DNA of 64,000 nucleotides from Anaeramoeba ignava BMAN (taxonomy: Eukaryota; Protista; Anaeramoebae): contig JAPDFW010000083.1 in assembly GCA_028826165.1 (NCBI GenBank), positions 186,001-250,000 of the forward strand. Reading direction: 5' to 3'. Made by a program: the position numbers and the translations under genes. The notes under the pieces were generated by a model. The model made no database searches. It was not told the origin of the DNA and was given only the letters and a program-made list of their open reading frames with translations. Below, piece after piece: positions 51,101-63,300 of this stretch (its first letter is position 1; every line of letters begins with the position of its first letter).

Positions 51101-54100
51101 AATAAAATCAAAAGAAACAAAAGATAAACAAACAAAAGAAACAAAAGAAATAAACAAAAAAAAAAAACAAAAGATGAACAAACAAAAGAAACAAAAGATG
51201 AACAAACAAAAGATGAACAAACAAAAGAAACAGAAATAAAATCAAAAGAAACAAAAGATAAACAAACAAAAGAAACAAAAGATAAACAAACAAAAGAAAC
51301 AAAAGATGAAAAATCAAAAGAAACAAAAGATGAACAATCAAAAGAAACAAAAGATGAACAACCAAAAGAAACAAAAACAAAAGATGAACAACCAAAAGAA
51401 ACAAAAGATGAACAAACAAAAGAAACAGAAATAAAATCAAAAGAAACAGAAACAAAAGATAAACAAACAAAAGAAACAAAAGATGAACAACCAAAAGAAA
51501 TAAAAGATAAACAATCAAAAGAAACAAAAACAAAAGATGAACAAACAAAAGAAACAGAAATAAAATCAAAAGAAACAAAAGATAAACAAACAAAAGAAAC
51601 AAAAGATGAACAACCAAAAGAAATAAAATCAAAAGAAACAAAAGATAAACAATCAAAAGAAACAAAAGATAAACAACCAAAAGAAACAAAAGAAATAAAA
51701 GATGAAAAATCAAAAGAAACAGAAATAAAATCAAAAGAAACAAAAGATGAACAAACAAAAGAAACAAAAGATAAACAAACAAAAGAAACAGAAATAAAAT
51801 CAAAAGAAATAAAAGATGAACAAACAAAAGAAATAAAAGATGAAAAATCAAAAGAAACAAAAGATGAACAAACAAAAGAAAAAAAGGATGAACAACCAAA
51901 AGAAACAAAAGATGAACAAACAAAAGAAACAGAAATAAAATCAAAAGAAACAGAAATAAAATCAAAAGAAACAAAAGATGAACAAACAAAAGAAACAAAA
52001 GATCAACAATCAAAAGAAACAGAAATAAAATCAAAAGAAATAGAAATAAAATCAAAAGAAACAAAAGATGAACAAACAAAAGAAACAAAAGATGAACAAA
52101 CAAAAGAAACAGAAACAAAAAAAAAAAAAAAACAGAAATAAAAACAAAAGAAACAAAAGATGAACAAACAAAAGAAACAAAAGATGAACAACCAAAAGAA
52201 ACAAAAGATGAACAAACAAAAGAAACAGAAATAAAATCAAAAGAAACAGAAATAAAATCAAAAGAAACAAAAGATGAACAAACAAAAGAAATAAAAGATG
52301 AAACAAAAAAAAAAAAATAAACAAAAAAAAAAAAAAAAAACAAAAAAGAAACAGAAATAAAATCAAAAGAAACAAAAGATGAACAAACAAAAGAAACAAA
52401 AGATGAACAAACAAAAGAAATAAAAGATGAACAACCAAAAGAAACAAAAGATAAACAACCAAAAGAAACAAAAGATAAACAACCAAAAGAAACAAAAGAT
52501 AAACAAACAAAAGAAACAGAAATAAAATCAAAAGAAACAGAAATAAAATCAAAAGAAACAAAAGATGAACAAACAAAAGAAACAAAAGATGAACAACCAA
52601 AAGAAATAAAAGATGAACAAACAAAAGAAACAGAAATAAAATCAAAAGAAACAAAAAACAAAAGATGAAACAAACAAAAAACAAAAAGAAACAAAAAGAT
52701 GAACAAACAAAAGAAATTAAGGATAAACAATCAAAAGAAATAAAAGATGAACAATCAAAAGAAATAAAAGATGAACAACCAAAAGAAATAAAAGATGAAC
52801 AAACAAAAGAAACAGAAATAAAATCAAAAGAAACAGAAATAAAATCAAAAGAAACAAAAGATGAACAACCAAAAGAAACAAAAGATGAACAAACAAAAGA
52901 AACAGAAATAAAATCAAAAGAAACAGAAATAAAATCAAAAGAAACAAAAGATGAACAAACAAAAGAAACAAAAGATGAACAAACCAAAAGAAACAGAAAT
53001 AAAATCAAAAGAAACAGAAATAAAATCAAAAGAAACAAAAGATGAACAAACCAAAAGAAACAAAAGATGAACAATCAAAAGAAACAGAAATAAAATCAAA
53101 AGAAACAAAAGATGAAAAACCAAAAGAAACAAAAGATCAACAAACAAAAGAAACAAAAGATAAACAATCAAAAGAAACAAAAGATGAAAAACCAAAAGAA
53201 ACAAAAAAAAAAAGATAAACAAACAAAAAAAAAAAGATAAACAAACAAAAGAAACAAAAGATGAAAAATCAAAAGAAACAAAAGATGAACAACCAAAAGA
53301 AACAAAAGATAAACAACCAAAAGAAACAGAAATAAAATCAAAAGAAACAAAAAAAAAAAAAAGAAAAACAAAAAGAAACAAAAGATGAACAACCAAAAGA
53401 AACAAAAGATAAACAACCAAAAGAAACAGAAATAAAATCAAAAGAAACAAAAGATAAACAACCAAAAGAAATAAAAGATGAACAACCAAAAGAAATAAAA
53501 GATAAACAATCAAAAGAAACAAAAGATCAACAATCAAAAGAAATAAAATCAAAAGAAACAAAAGATGAACAATCAAAAGAAACAAAAGATGAAAAACCAA
53601 AAGAAACAAAAGATCAACAAACAAAAGAAACAAAAGATAAACAAACAAAAGAAACAAAAGATGAACAACCAAAAGAAATAAAAGATAAACAATCAAAAGA
53701 AACAAAAGATCAACAAACAAAAGAAACAAAAGATAAACAAACAAAAGAAACAAAAGATGAACAATCAAAAGAAACAAAAGATAAACAACCAAAAGAAATA
53801 AAAGATGAACAATCAAAAGAAATAAAAGATGAACAAACAAAAAAAACAAAAGATAAACAATCAAAAGAAATAAAAGATGAACAATCAAAAGAAATAAAAT
53901 CAAAAGAAACAAAAGAAATAAAAGATGAACAAACAAAAGAAATTAAGGATAAACAACCAAAAGAAACAAAAGATGAACAACCAAAAGAAACAAAAACAAA
54001 AGATGAACAAACAAAAGAAATAAAAGATGAACAACCAAAAGAAATAAAAGATGAACAAACAAAAGAAACAGAAACAAAAGATGAACAACCAAAAGAAACA

Positions 54101-57100
54101 AAAACAAAAGATGAACAACCAAAAGAAATAAAAGATAAACAAACAAAAGAAACAAAAGATAAACAACCAAAAGAAACAGAAATAAAATCAAAAGAAACAG
54201 AAATAAAAGATAAACAACCAAAAGAAATAAAAGATGAACAACCAAAAGAAACAAAAGATGAACAACCAAAAGAAACAAAAGATAAACAACCAAAAGAAAC
54301 AAAAGATGAAAAATTAAAATTAAAAGAAAAAGAAAATAAAGAGGCAAATGAAAAAAACAAAAATCAAGAAAATCAACCATTCAAAAGATCGGGTCTTTTA
54401 AAAAGAGACCAGAAAAACCAAAAAATTTGGAACAAAAAACTTCACCAAATGAAAATATACCTTCATATTCACTCCCATTCAAAATTCGACAAATTCAAAC
54501 AAAAGTAAGCGTTGATACAATAGAAATCAAATGGAAAATGCCGGAGAATAAAGGAGAAATTGAAAAATATGAGATTGAATTAAATGATAAATTTTTCTGT
54601 GAAACAAAAGAAAATCACCTCATTATTGATAACTTAAATCACAGCCAAGAATATTCATTAAGAGTAAGAGTATCGATCCAAAATAAAGGGATAAGTAATT
54701 GGAGTGACATAATCACAGTTAAAACAAAAACACCAGTTCCTGGAATCATCAATGATATCCAATACAAGTTCAGAGGACATGATGTGTTGTTGACTTGGAA
54801 ACAACCAACTCATTCAGATTTAGAGGGAACAAAATATCAAGTTCAAATCAATTCTTCTGAAACTGTTGAATCAAAAATATACGAAAGAATGCAAACTAAA
54901 TATATGCATAAAGGCTTAAAAGTAGGAGTAACATACACAGCAAAGATAAGAACAATTAACAATATCACATCAAGCGATTGGTCTCCTGAGATTAAGTTCC
55001 AAATTCCAAAGAATCGTCCTGAGCAAATTGTCAATACAAAATATCAAGATTTATCCTTAACTTGGGCGCCACCTGAATCTCATGGATTACAAATCCAAAA
55101 ATATCAAATCAGAATTCCAAATCATAGAACAATTTCAACAGTTGGCAATCGTGCTTATTTAAGAAACGTTCCATCTGGGAAACATCAAGCCAAAGTTCGA
55201 GCAATTACTGAAGCAGGACCAGGACCTTGGAGTGAAGAAACAAGTAATTTGATTTGATATTTAATTTTATATTTAATTTTATATTTAATTTAATATTTAA
55301 TTTAATATTTAATTTAATTTTATATTTAATTTAATATTTAATTTAATATTTAATTTTATATTTAATTTAATATTTAATTTAATATTTAATTTAATATTTA
55401 ATTTTATATTTAATTTAATATTTAATTTTATATTTAATTTAATATTTAATTTAATATTTAATTTAATATTTAATTTAATATTTAATTTTATATTTAATTT
55501 AATATTTAATTTTATATTTAATTTTATATTTAATTTAATATTTAATTTAATATTTAATTTTATATTTAATTTAATATTTAATTTAATATTTAATTTAATA
55601 TTTAATTTTATATTTAATTTAATATTTAATTTTATATTTAATTTTATATTTAATTTAATATTTAATTTAATATTTAATATTTAATTTAATTTAATATTTA
55701 ATTTAATATTTAATTTAATATTTAATTTAATATTTAATTTAATATTTAATTTTATATTTATTTTTAATATTTAATTTAATATTTAATTTAATATTTAATT
55801 TTATATTTAATATTTATTTTAAAATAGCTTTCGATATTCCTTTAGAAAAATCTCATGTATTTACAAAAGAAAAATATCAAAGTGCTTTACAAAGAATGCA
55901 AAGCTTTTTGTTAGAAAATAACCTAGATGTTGAAATCCAAGGAGAATATACTCCAGGACAGTTTAAATGTGAAATTGATGGAAAATCTTTGAATTTTAAA
56001 ACTGTTGAAGGTTTTTTTCCAAAATTTTTTAAAAAAAAAAGAAAATTTATTAATTTTTTATTATAAAAACCAAATAATTAATTTTGATAAATAGTTACTG
56101 AATTTGTTCGAGTTGGAGGTGGTTATTTAAGATTTGAGGAATATGTGAAAAAACATTTAAAACCAAATTTAAAATTTGTTAAAACAAAAGGAGTTGGTGT
56201 TGGATTTTTATCAGGAGGAGAAAATAAAACAAAAACACTTAATCAAAAAGCTCCAAAATCAAAAACAACAGAAAAAAAACAAAAAACAACATCAACAACT
56301 TCATCACAACAATCAAAAACAACAGCAAAAAAACCAAAAACAACATCAACATCAACAACAATGAATAATCAAAGAAGAAAAAATTTAGAAAAATATTTGG
56401 TTGATGAAAAACTACAAACAAATCAAGATCTAGAAAAGGAAAGATCAAAAAGTAAAACTGAAAAAATATCAGAAGATTTAACCGATGAAAAAAATTCTGA
56501 ATCAATAAACTTAGTTGATAAACAACATTTAGAAAATGAAATAATTGATGAACAAGAAATAATCGATGAGCAAGAAATAATTGATGAAATAAGTGATGAA
56601 CAGGAAATAACAGATGAAATAAGTGATGAATTAACCGATGAATTAACCGATAATAAAGAAATTATTGAGAATCGAATTGAGGATAAAAAATCAAAAGATG
56701 AATTAAACAAAGAAGAATCAAACAAAGATAATTTAAAGAAAGATGAAATAAACAAAGATGATTTAAAGAAAGATGAAATAAAGAAAGATGAAATAAAGAA
56801 AGATCAAAAATCAAAGGATGAAAAACCAAAAGAAGAATTAAAGAAAAATGAATTAAAGAAAGAAGAATTAAACAAAGATGAATTAAACAAAGATGAAAAA
56901 CCAAAAGAAGATTTAAAGAAAAATGAAAAATCAAAAGAAGAAATAAAGAAAGATGAATTAAACAAAGATGAAAAACCAAAAGAAGATTTAAACAAAGATC
57001 AAAAACCAAAAGAAGAATTAAACAAAGATCAAAAACCAAAAGAAGAATTAAACAAAGATCAAAAACAAAAAGAAGAATTAAAGAAAGATGAATTAAACAA

Positions 57101-60057
57101 AGATGAAAAACCAAAAGATGAATTAAAGAAAGAAGAATTAAACAAAGATCAAAAACCAAAAGAAGAATTAAAGAAAGATGAATTAAACAAAGATGAAAAA
57201 CTAAAAGATGAAATAAAGAAAGATGAATTAAAGAAAGATGAAATAAACAAAGATGATTTAAAGAAAGATGAAATAAACAAAGATGAATTAAACAAAGATC
57301 AAAAACCAAAAGATGAATTAAAGAAAGATGAAAAACCAAAAAATGAATTAAAGAAAGATGATTTAAAGAAAGATGAATTAAACAAAGATGAATTAAACAA
57401 AGATGAAAAATTAAAAGAAGATTTAAAGAAAGATGAATTAAAGAAAGATGAATTAAAGAAAGAAGAATTAAAGAAAGATGAATTAAACAAAGATGAATTA
57501 AACAAAGATGAAAAACCAAAAGAAGATTTAAAGAAAAATGAAAAATCAAAAGAAGAAATAAAGAAAGATGAATTAAAGAAAGATCAAAAACCAAAAGATG
57601 AATTAAAGAAAGATCAAAAATCAAAAGATGAAATAAAGAAAGATCAAAAATCAAAGGATGAAAAACCAAAAGATGAATTAAACAAAGATGAATTAAACAA
57701 AGATGAAAAACCAAAAGAAGAATTAAAGAAAGATGAATTAAAGAAAGAAGAATTAAAGAAAGATGAAATAAAGAAAGATGAAATAAACAAAGATGAATTA
57801 AAGAAAGATGAATTAAAGAAAGAAGAATTAAAGAAAGATGAATTAAACAAAGATGAAAAACCAAAAGAAGATTTAAACAAAGATCAAAAACCAAAAGAAG
57901 AATTAAACAAAGATCAAAAACAAAAAGAAGATTTAAAGAAAGATGAATTAAACAAAGATGAAAAACCAAAAGATGAATTAAAGAAAGAAGAATTAAACAA
58001 AGATCAAAAACCAAAAGAAGAATTAAAGAAAGATGAATTAAACAAAGATGAAAAACCAAAAGATGAAATAAAGAAAGATGAATTAAAGAAAGATGAAATA
58101 AACAAAGATGATTTAAAGAAAGATGAAATAAAGAAAGATGAAATAAACAAAGATGAATTAAACAAAGATCAAAAACCAAAAGATGAATTAAAGAAAGATG
58201 AAAAACCAAAAGATGAAATAAAGAAAGATGAAAAACCAAAAGAAGAAATAAAGAAAGATGAATTAAAGAAAGATGAAAAACCAAAAGAAGAAATAAAGAA
58301 AGATCAAAAACCAAAAGATGAAATAAAGAAAGATGAAAAACCAAAAGATGAAATAAAGAAAGATCAAAAACCAAAAGATGAATTAAAGAAAGATGAAAAA
58401 CCAAAAGATGAATTAAAGAAAGATGAAAAACCAAAAGAAGAATTAAAGAAAGATCAAAAACCAAAAGAAGATTTAAAGAAAGATGAAAAACCAAAAGAAG
58501 AAATAAAGAAAGATCAAAAATCAAAAGATGAATTAAACAAAGATCAAAAACCAAAAGAAGAAATAAAGAAAGATGAATTAAAGAAAGAAGAATTAAAGAA
58601 AGATGAATTAAAGAAAAACACAACAAAAAAGCGGAAAAAATCAAAGTAGAAAACCACAACTAACAAAAGATCAAATAAATAATTTGAATAGTCAAAGAAA
58701 ACCAATTAAAAAACCAATCATAAATAAATTAACTAAAAAAAATGGACAAACTGGAAAAGAAACAAAACCAAAATTAAATAAAAAACCAATTAAAAAAGAA
58801 CAAGAACCAAAATCAACCAAAAATAATAAAGCAAATCAAGTTCTTAATAATCAAAGGAAATTAGTGAAAAAAGTATTAAAACCACAAGATCCAACAAAAA
58901 AAACTACTCGAGATATAAATGGAAAAAAGAAAACTATTCGTGTAGTAAAATCAACAGATAAAAAAGTAAAACCAATATCTGAAGATGAAAAAAAAGAAAA
59001 AGAGAAAATTTCCAAATTAGTAAAAACTAATTCAATCAAAAGAGGAAACAGTGTAAATTTAAGTTCTTCAAAAACAAAGGAATCGAATCAATTAAATAAA
59101 ACTCATCCAAAACAAACAATTAAAACAACCAAAAATAATTCAAAATCAACAAAAAATTCAAAATCAACTGAAAATGCAAATCAAAATCAAAATCAAAATC
59201 AAAATAAAAAAAAAGATACAAATGAAAAATCAACTGAAAATGAAAAAACAACTCAAAATCAAAATGATAGATTAAATAATAATAAAGAAAGACATAAAAG
59301 ATCAAAAAGTAAACATCCAAAAAAAGCAAATGAAAAATCAACTGAAAAATCAAATGAAAAATCAAATGATAAATTAAATGAAAAATCAAATGAAAAATCA
59401 AATGAAAAATCAAATGATAAATTAAATGATAAATTAAATGAAAAATCAAATGATAAATCAAATGAAAAATCAAATCAAAATGAAAAATCAAATGAAAAAG
59501 CAAATGAAAAAGCAAATGAAAAATCAAATGAAAAAACAAATCAAAATCAAAATCAAAATGAAAAATTAAATGATAGATTAAATGATAGATTAAATGAGAA
59601 TGATAAAGAAAGACGTCAAAGATCAAAAAGTAAACTTAGAGCACCTAAAATAACTACAAAACATTTAAAAGATTTAAATCAAAAAAAGAATCAAAAAAAT
59701 CAAAATGAAAAATTAAATGAAAAATCAAATCAATCACAAGATTTAAATCAAAATGATAAATTAAATGAAAAATCAAATCAATCACAAGATTTAAATCAAG
59801 ATCAAAAAAAACAAAAAGAAAAGTCAACTGAAAAAACAACTGAAAAATCAAATCAATCACAAGATTTAAATCAAGATCAAAATCAATCACAAAATGAAAA
59901 AGAAACAAAAAAAGAAAATCAAAATCAAAATCAAAAAGAAAATCAAAATCAAAATCAAAATCAAAATCAAAATCAAAATGAAAATCAAAAAGAAAATCAA
60001 AATGAAAAAGAAAAAGAAACAAAAAATGAAAAATTAAATGAAAATGATGAAAAATAA
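48152..60057 (+). CDS. Predicted giant protein: DUF5765-like multi-pass membrane domain + KETKDEQ repeats + 3 FN3 + GAR/GAS2 domain + KKDE(L/I) repeats + basic tail
   Basis: ORFs 48152-50779, 54427-55257, 56145-58649 and 58684-60057 are linked by single-base homopolymer frameshifts and by introns 55244-55827 and 56011-56094, with no intergenic-type sequence between them. GAR motif FVRVGGGYLRFEEYVKKH. Confidence 0.6.
54405..55243 (+). CDS. Fibronectin type III domains (x3) within the giant gene
   Basis: IKWKMP...YEIE...LNHSQEYSLRVR...SNWS; LTWKQP...YQVQ...LKVGVTYTAKIR...SDWS; LTWAPP...VRAITEAGPGPWS. Confidence 0.9.
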
Positions 60058-60352
60058 TTCTTGATTATTTATGATTATTTATGATTATTTTGTTGAATCT
60101 TTCAATTCTTTTATTTCTTATTTTTACTTCTTTTTTTTACTTCTTTTTACTTCTTATTTCTTATTTTTTTTCTTATTTTTTTTTCTTGATTTTGAAATGA
60201 AAAAAAATTAATTTTTTCAATTTGAATTTTATTTTATAATTTTAAAAAAAAAAAAAATATGCCAAAATTAAAATTGAAAAAATTTCATTAAAAGAAAAAA
60301 AGAAGAATTGAGAATTAAAAAAAAAAATTTTTTTTTTTGGGAATTTTTTGTT

Positions 60353-63300
60353 TCACTTTTTAATTAAAGATAATTCATTCACATTTCCATGATTATCAGC
60401 AGAAATAAGAGTTTGAAGATCAGAAGAAAGAAATAAAGCAGTAACAGGAAATTGATGAATATCCTTATGACCCAATTTAGAAATGAAGGATAAATTAAGA
60501 CAATCCCAGACAAAAATTGCGCCTGATTTCATTCCTGTGAAAATAACATTCTTGTAGAAACCAACAACACCATGAGTGAAAACAGCAGAACAAACAATAT
60601 CACGATCTTCAATCTCGACTTGAGTCACTAGTTCACCATTTATAGTCCACAAACTCAGCAAACCAGCAACTTGATTTGAAGGCGTGCCAAGTGAATTGAA
60701 AACAAGAATGTCAGCATTTGAAGGGTTGATTGCTAGACATGTGATTGTGCCTTTTTGCTGATCCAAGGAATAGCAAACAGCCAAATCATTGATATCCCAA
60801 ATGATGACAGTTGAATCTGCTGAACCAGTGACAATAATACCGTATTCTCTCGAACAGGTGATTGCTGTGATTTGGGATGAATGTCCGCTTAATGGCCGTT
60901 TGAATTTTAAACGCGGCGGTTTTTCTTCAAAATGGAAAAGTTTCCAAACAAATAAAACTCCTGATTCTCCGCCTCCAAAAACAAAATTGCCTCCTGGACA
61001 ACAAACACAACATTTGATTGAGTCGTTTTCGGGTATTTCTTCGTGGTAATGGTTCGGCGAATCCAGTGATGAGATTGTGAATTGTGATTGCAATGGTTTC
61101 CATGAAAGAACATGTGTTTTGTTTGGCAGCAATATGACTTGGTTTTCTTTTAAAAAATGCAGTTTGTTTTCTAAAGAGAAAATCAAGTGGATCGGAAATT
61201 CCACTTTTTGGATCACAACAGGAATCAAATCCGCCATATATGTTGCGATCATGCTTTTCTCTTCATCCATTCTATGTGTAAGCGCTTTTACAGAGAGCTT
61301 GTTTTGAGCCATTGAAAAACTCTTTTTTTCCTTGATTTCTTGCTTTTCCTTTTGGTGAGATTCTGATTCGCTTTCCGGATCCGAAACGCCGGTTTGTGTG
61401 ATTGAGGAGATTGTTTTTCTTTTGGGATGAGGCATTGTAAACAGCTGCTTTGGCGGGCAATAGAAGGCGTTTTTTGTATTGGTTTCCGAGATTTCGTTTG
61501 GATCTTCGGATTCAATATTTTTGGCATCTGGTCGTGAAATTCCGAAAACAAGATCGATCCAAGAATGGAGATTATCAGAGACATATTCAGACTCAAGAAT
61601 TTCGCTATTTGTTTGAACCATAAGCCTTGGGTCAATCTCGTTCTGGATAATTTGGTCAGAGAACTTTTGGTTTGATGAGAAAATTTCAGGGAGAAAAAAG
61701 AATTCTGGAATAATTTCGTGGATCGACTTGAGTGTTGGCGGACTGCGATTCTCCACAAGAAATTTGGCATACTGGAGCTTTGCGTTCCTGATATTCTCGG
61801 AAACTTCCGTGATGTTTGAGAATGCAGGAATAGCGAGAAGATGGGCCAATGCTGGGTTGAAATACTCGTCAGGAGGAGGAAAACAGTGAGTACTTGTTGA
61901 AAATGCTCTGTGGTTGATGTTTGGGAAGAGTGGATACTGCGAGTGGTCGTTAAATGTTCTTCCAGATGCTGTGTTGAGATGCATGAGATAGGCGAAGTTA
62001 CTTATTTTCCAATTCTTCCAGAGAAATCCGATCGACTTTCTGGAATTGAAATCTTGATCCGAAGAAAATATTTTATCAGTTTGACATGCTTTTGGTTTTT
62101 CCAGTAGAATTGACTTGAGAATATCGTTGCGATCCTCATTAGATCCAAACGCGAGAAGGTGTGTCTCTCTGTTTTTACAAAGGATCTCTATTGCAGCGTC
62201 CTCTCCCTTGTATTTTCGCTGATAAACCGCATTCAGATTCGAATTTTTGATCCTGTATCTTTGTTGGAAAATTTGACAAGGAATTCCCTGGAATTTACTA
62301 TTGATCTCATGTAATTGATCCAGAAAAATGTATATACACCTCTGAGTAAGGACAACTGTCGACGGAATGTCGAAATATAGAGATTTATAAAGGCAATGTT
62401 TTTTCCTTATAATTTTTTCCATTTGCGAAATTTGATATTTTTTGCTGTTTTTTTTCTCAAAGATTTGCGCAATTTCTGGAGTGCTGTATGAATATCCAAA
62501 ATTCTGGAGTTGGTGTATTAGGTTTGAGGATGAGATTTTCTGTTCGATTGAAACAGTTTCTTGTTCTTTTTCCTTGACCAAATTTTGGTTCAATAAATTG
62601 ATTTCAAGTCGGACAATTTTGTTTTGTTTTTGTTTTTTGGAAAGCATCAACCGACTAATAAAGAATATTTGCACTTTCGCCAGTTTTGTTGGTTGCTTTT
62701 CGTCTTGTGCGGAATATTGGCTATTTTGGTTATCCAGAAACTGTGGAGGTTTTGTTTCGTTGGGAAGAAATACTGTTCTAAGTCTGCATTTTTTTCGATC
62801 GGAATTTTCAATTTGATGAGGGAAATAACAAGAAAACATATTAGGGGATTGATTGCGACTCCAAACAGCGCGGATATGAGTCATTTCTTTGATGATTTTC
62901 TGCCATTCTCTTGATATTTTATGTTCTCGAAATATCCTATTTTCCCATCTTTTCTGAGTCAAATGAATCAATTTCTCGGTTTTGATTCGAATTGAACGAG
63001 TTCCTTGAATTCTTAGAAAATCCACTTTCTTTTTTATGTCAGCTTTTCTTTCTAAAATTTTATTTTCTTGATCTTTCATAAAATCACTAAAGTTTTCCAA
63101 TCCAAGATCCATTTTCTTGGCATATAATTCCAACGAGTTAACTTTGAATTGCTCGATTATTTGGTCATCAAGTTTGAATATGAATTGATCTCGAAAAGTT
63201 GGATCAATTCCCTCTTTGATGACCATCATTTGCTTTTTGAAATTTTTTGTGTTTGAAATTGAACTGAAAATATAATTCACTTTGGATTTCAACACATCTT

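Noticed and set aside
56690-58615. KDEL ER-retention signals
   Set aside because: They are internal parts of a KKDE(L/I) repeat, not C-terminal.
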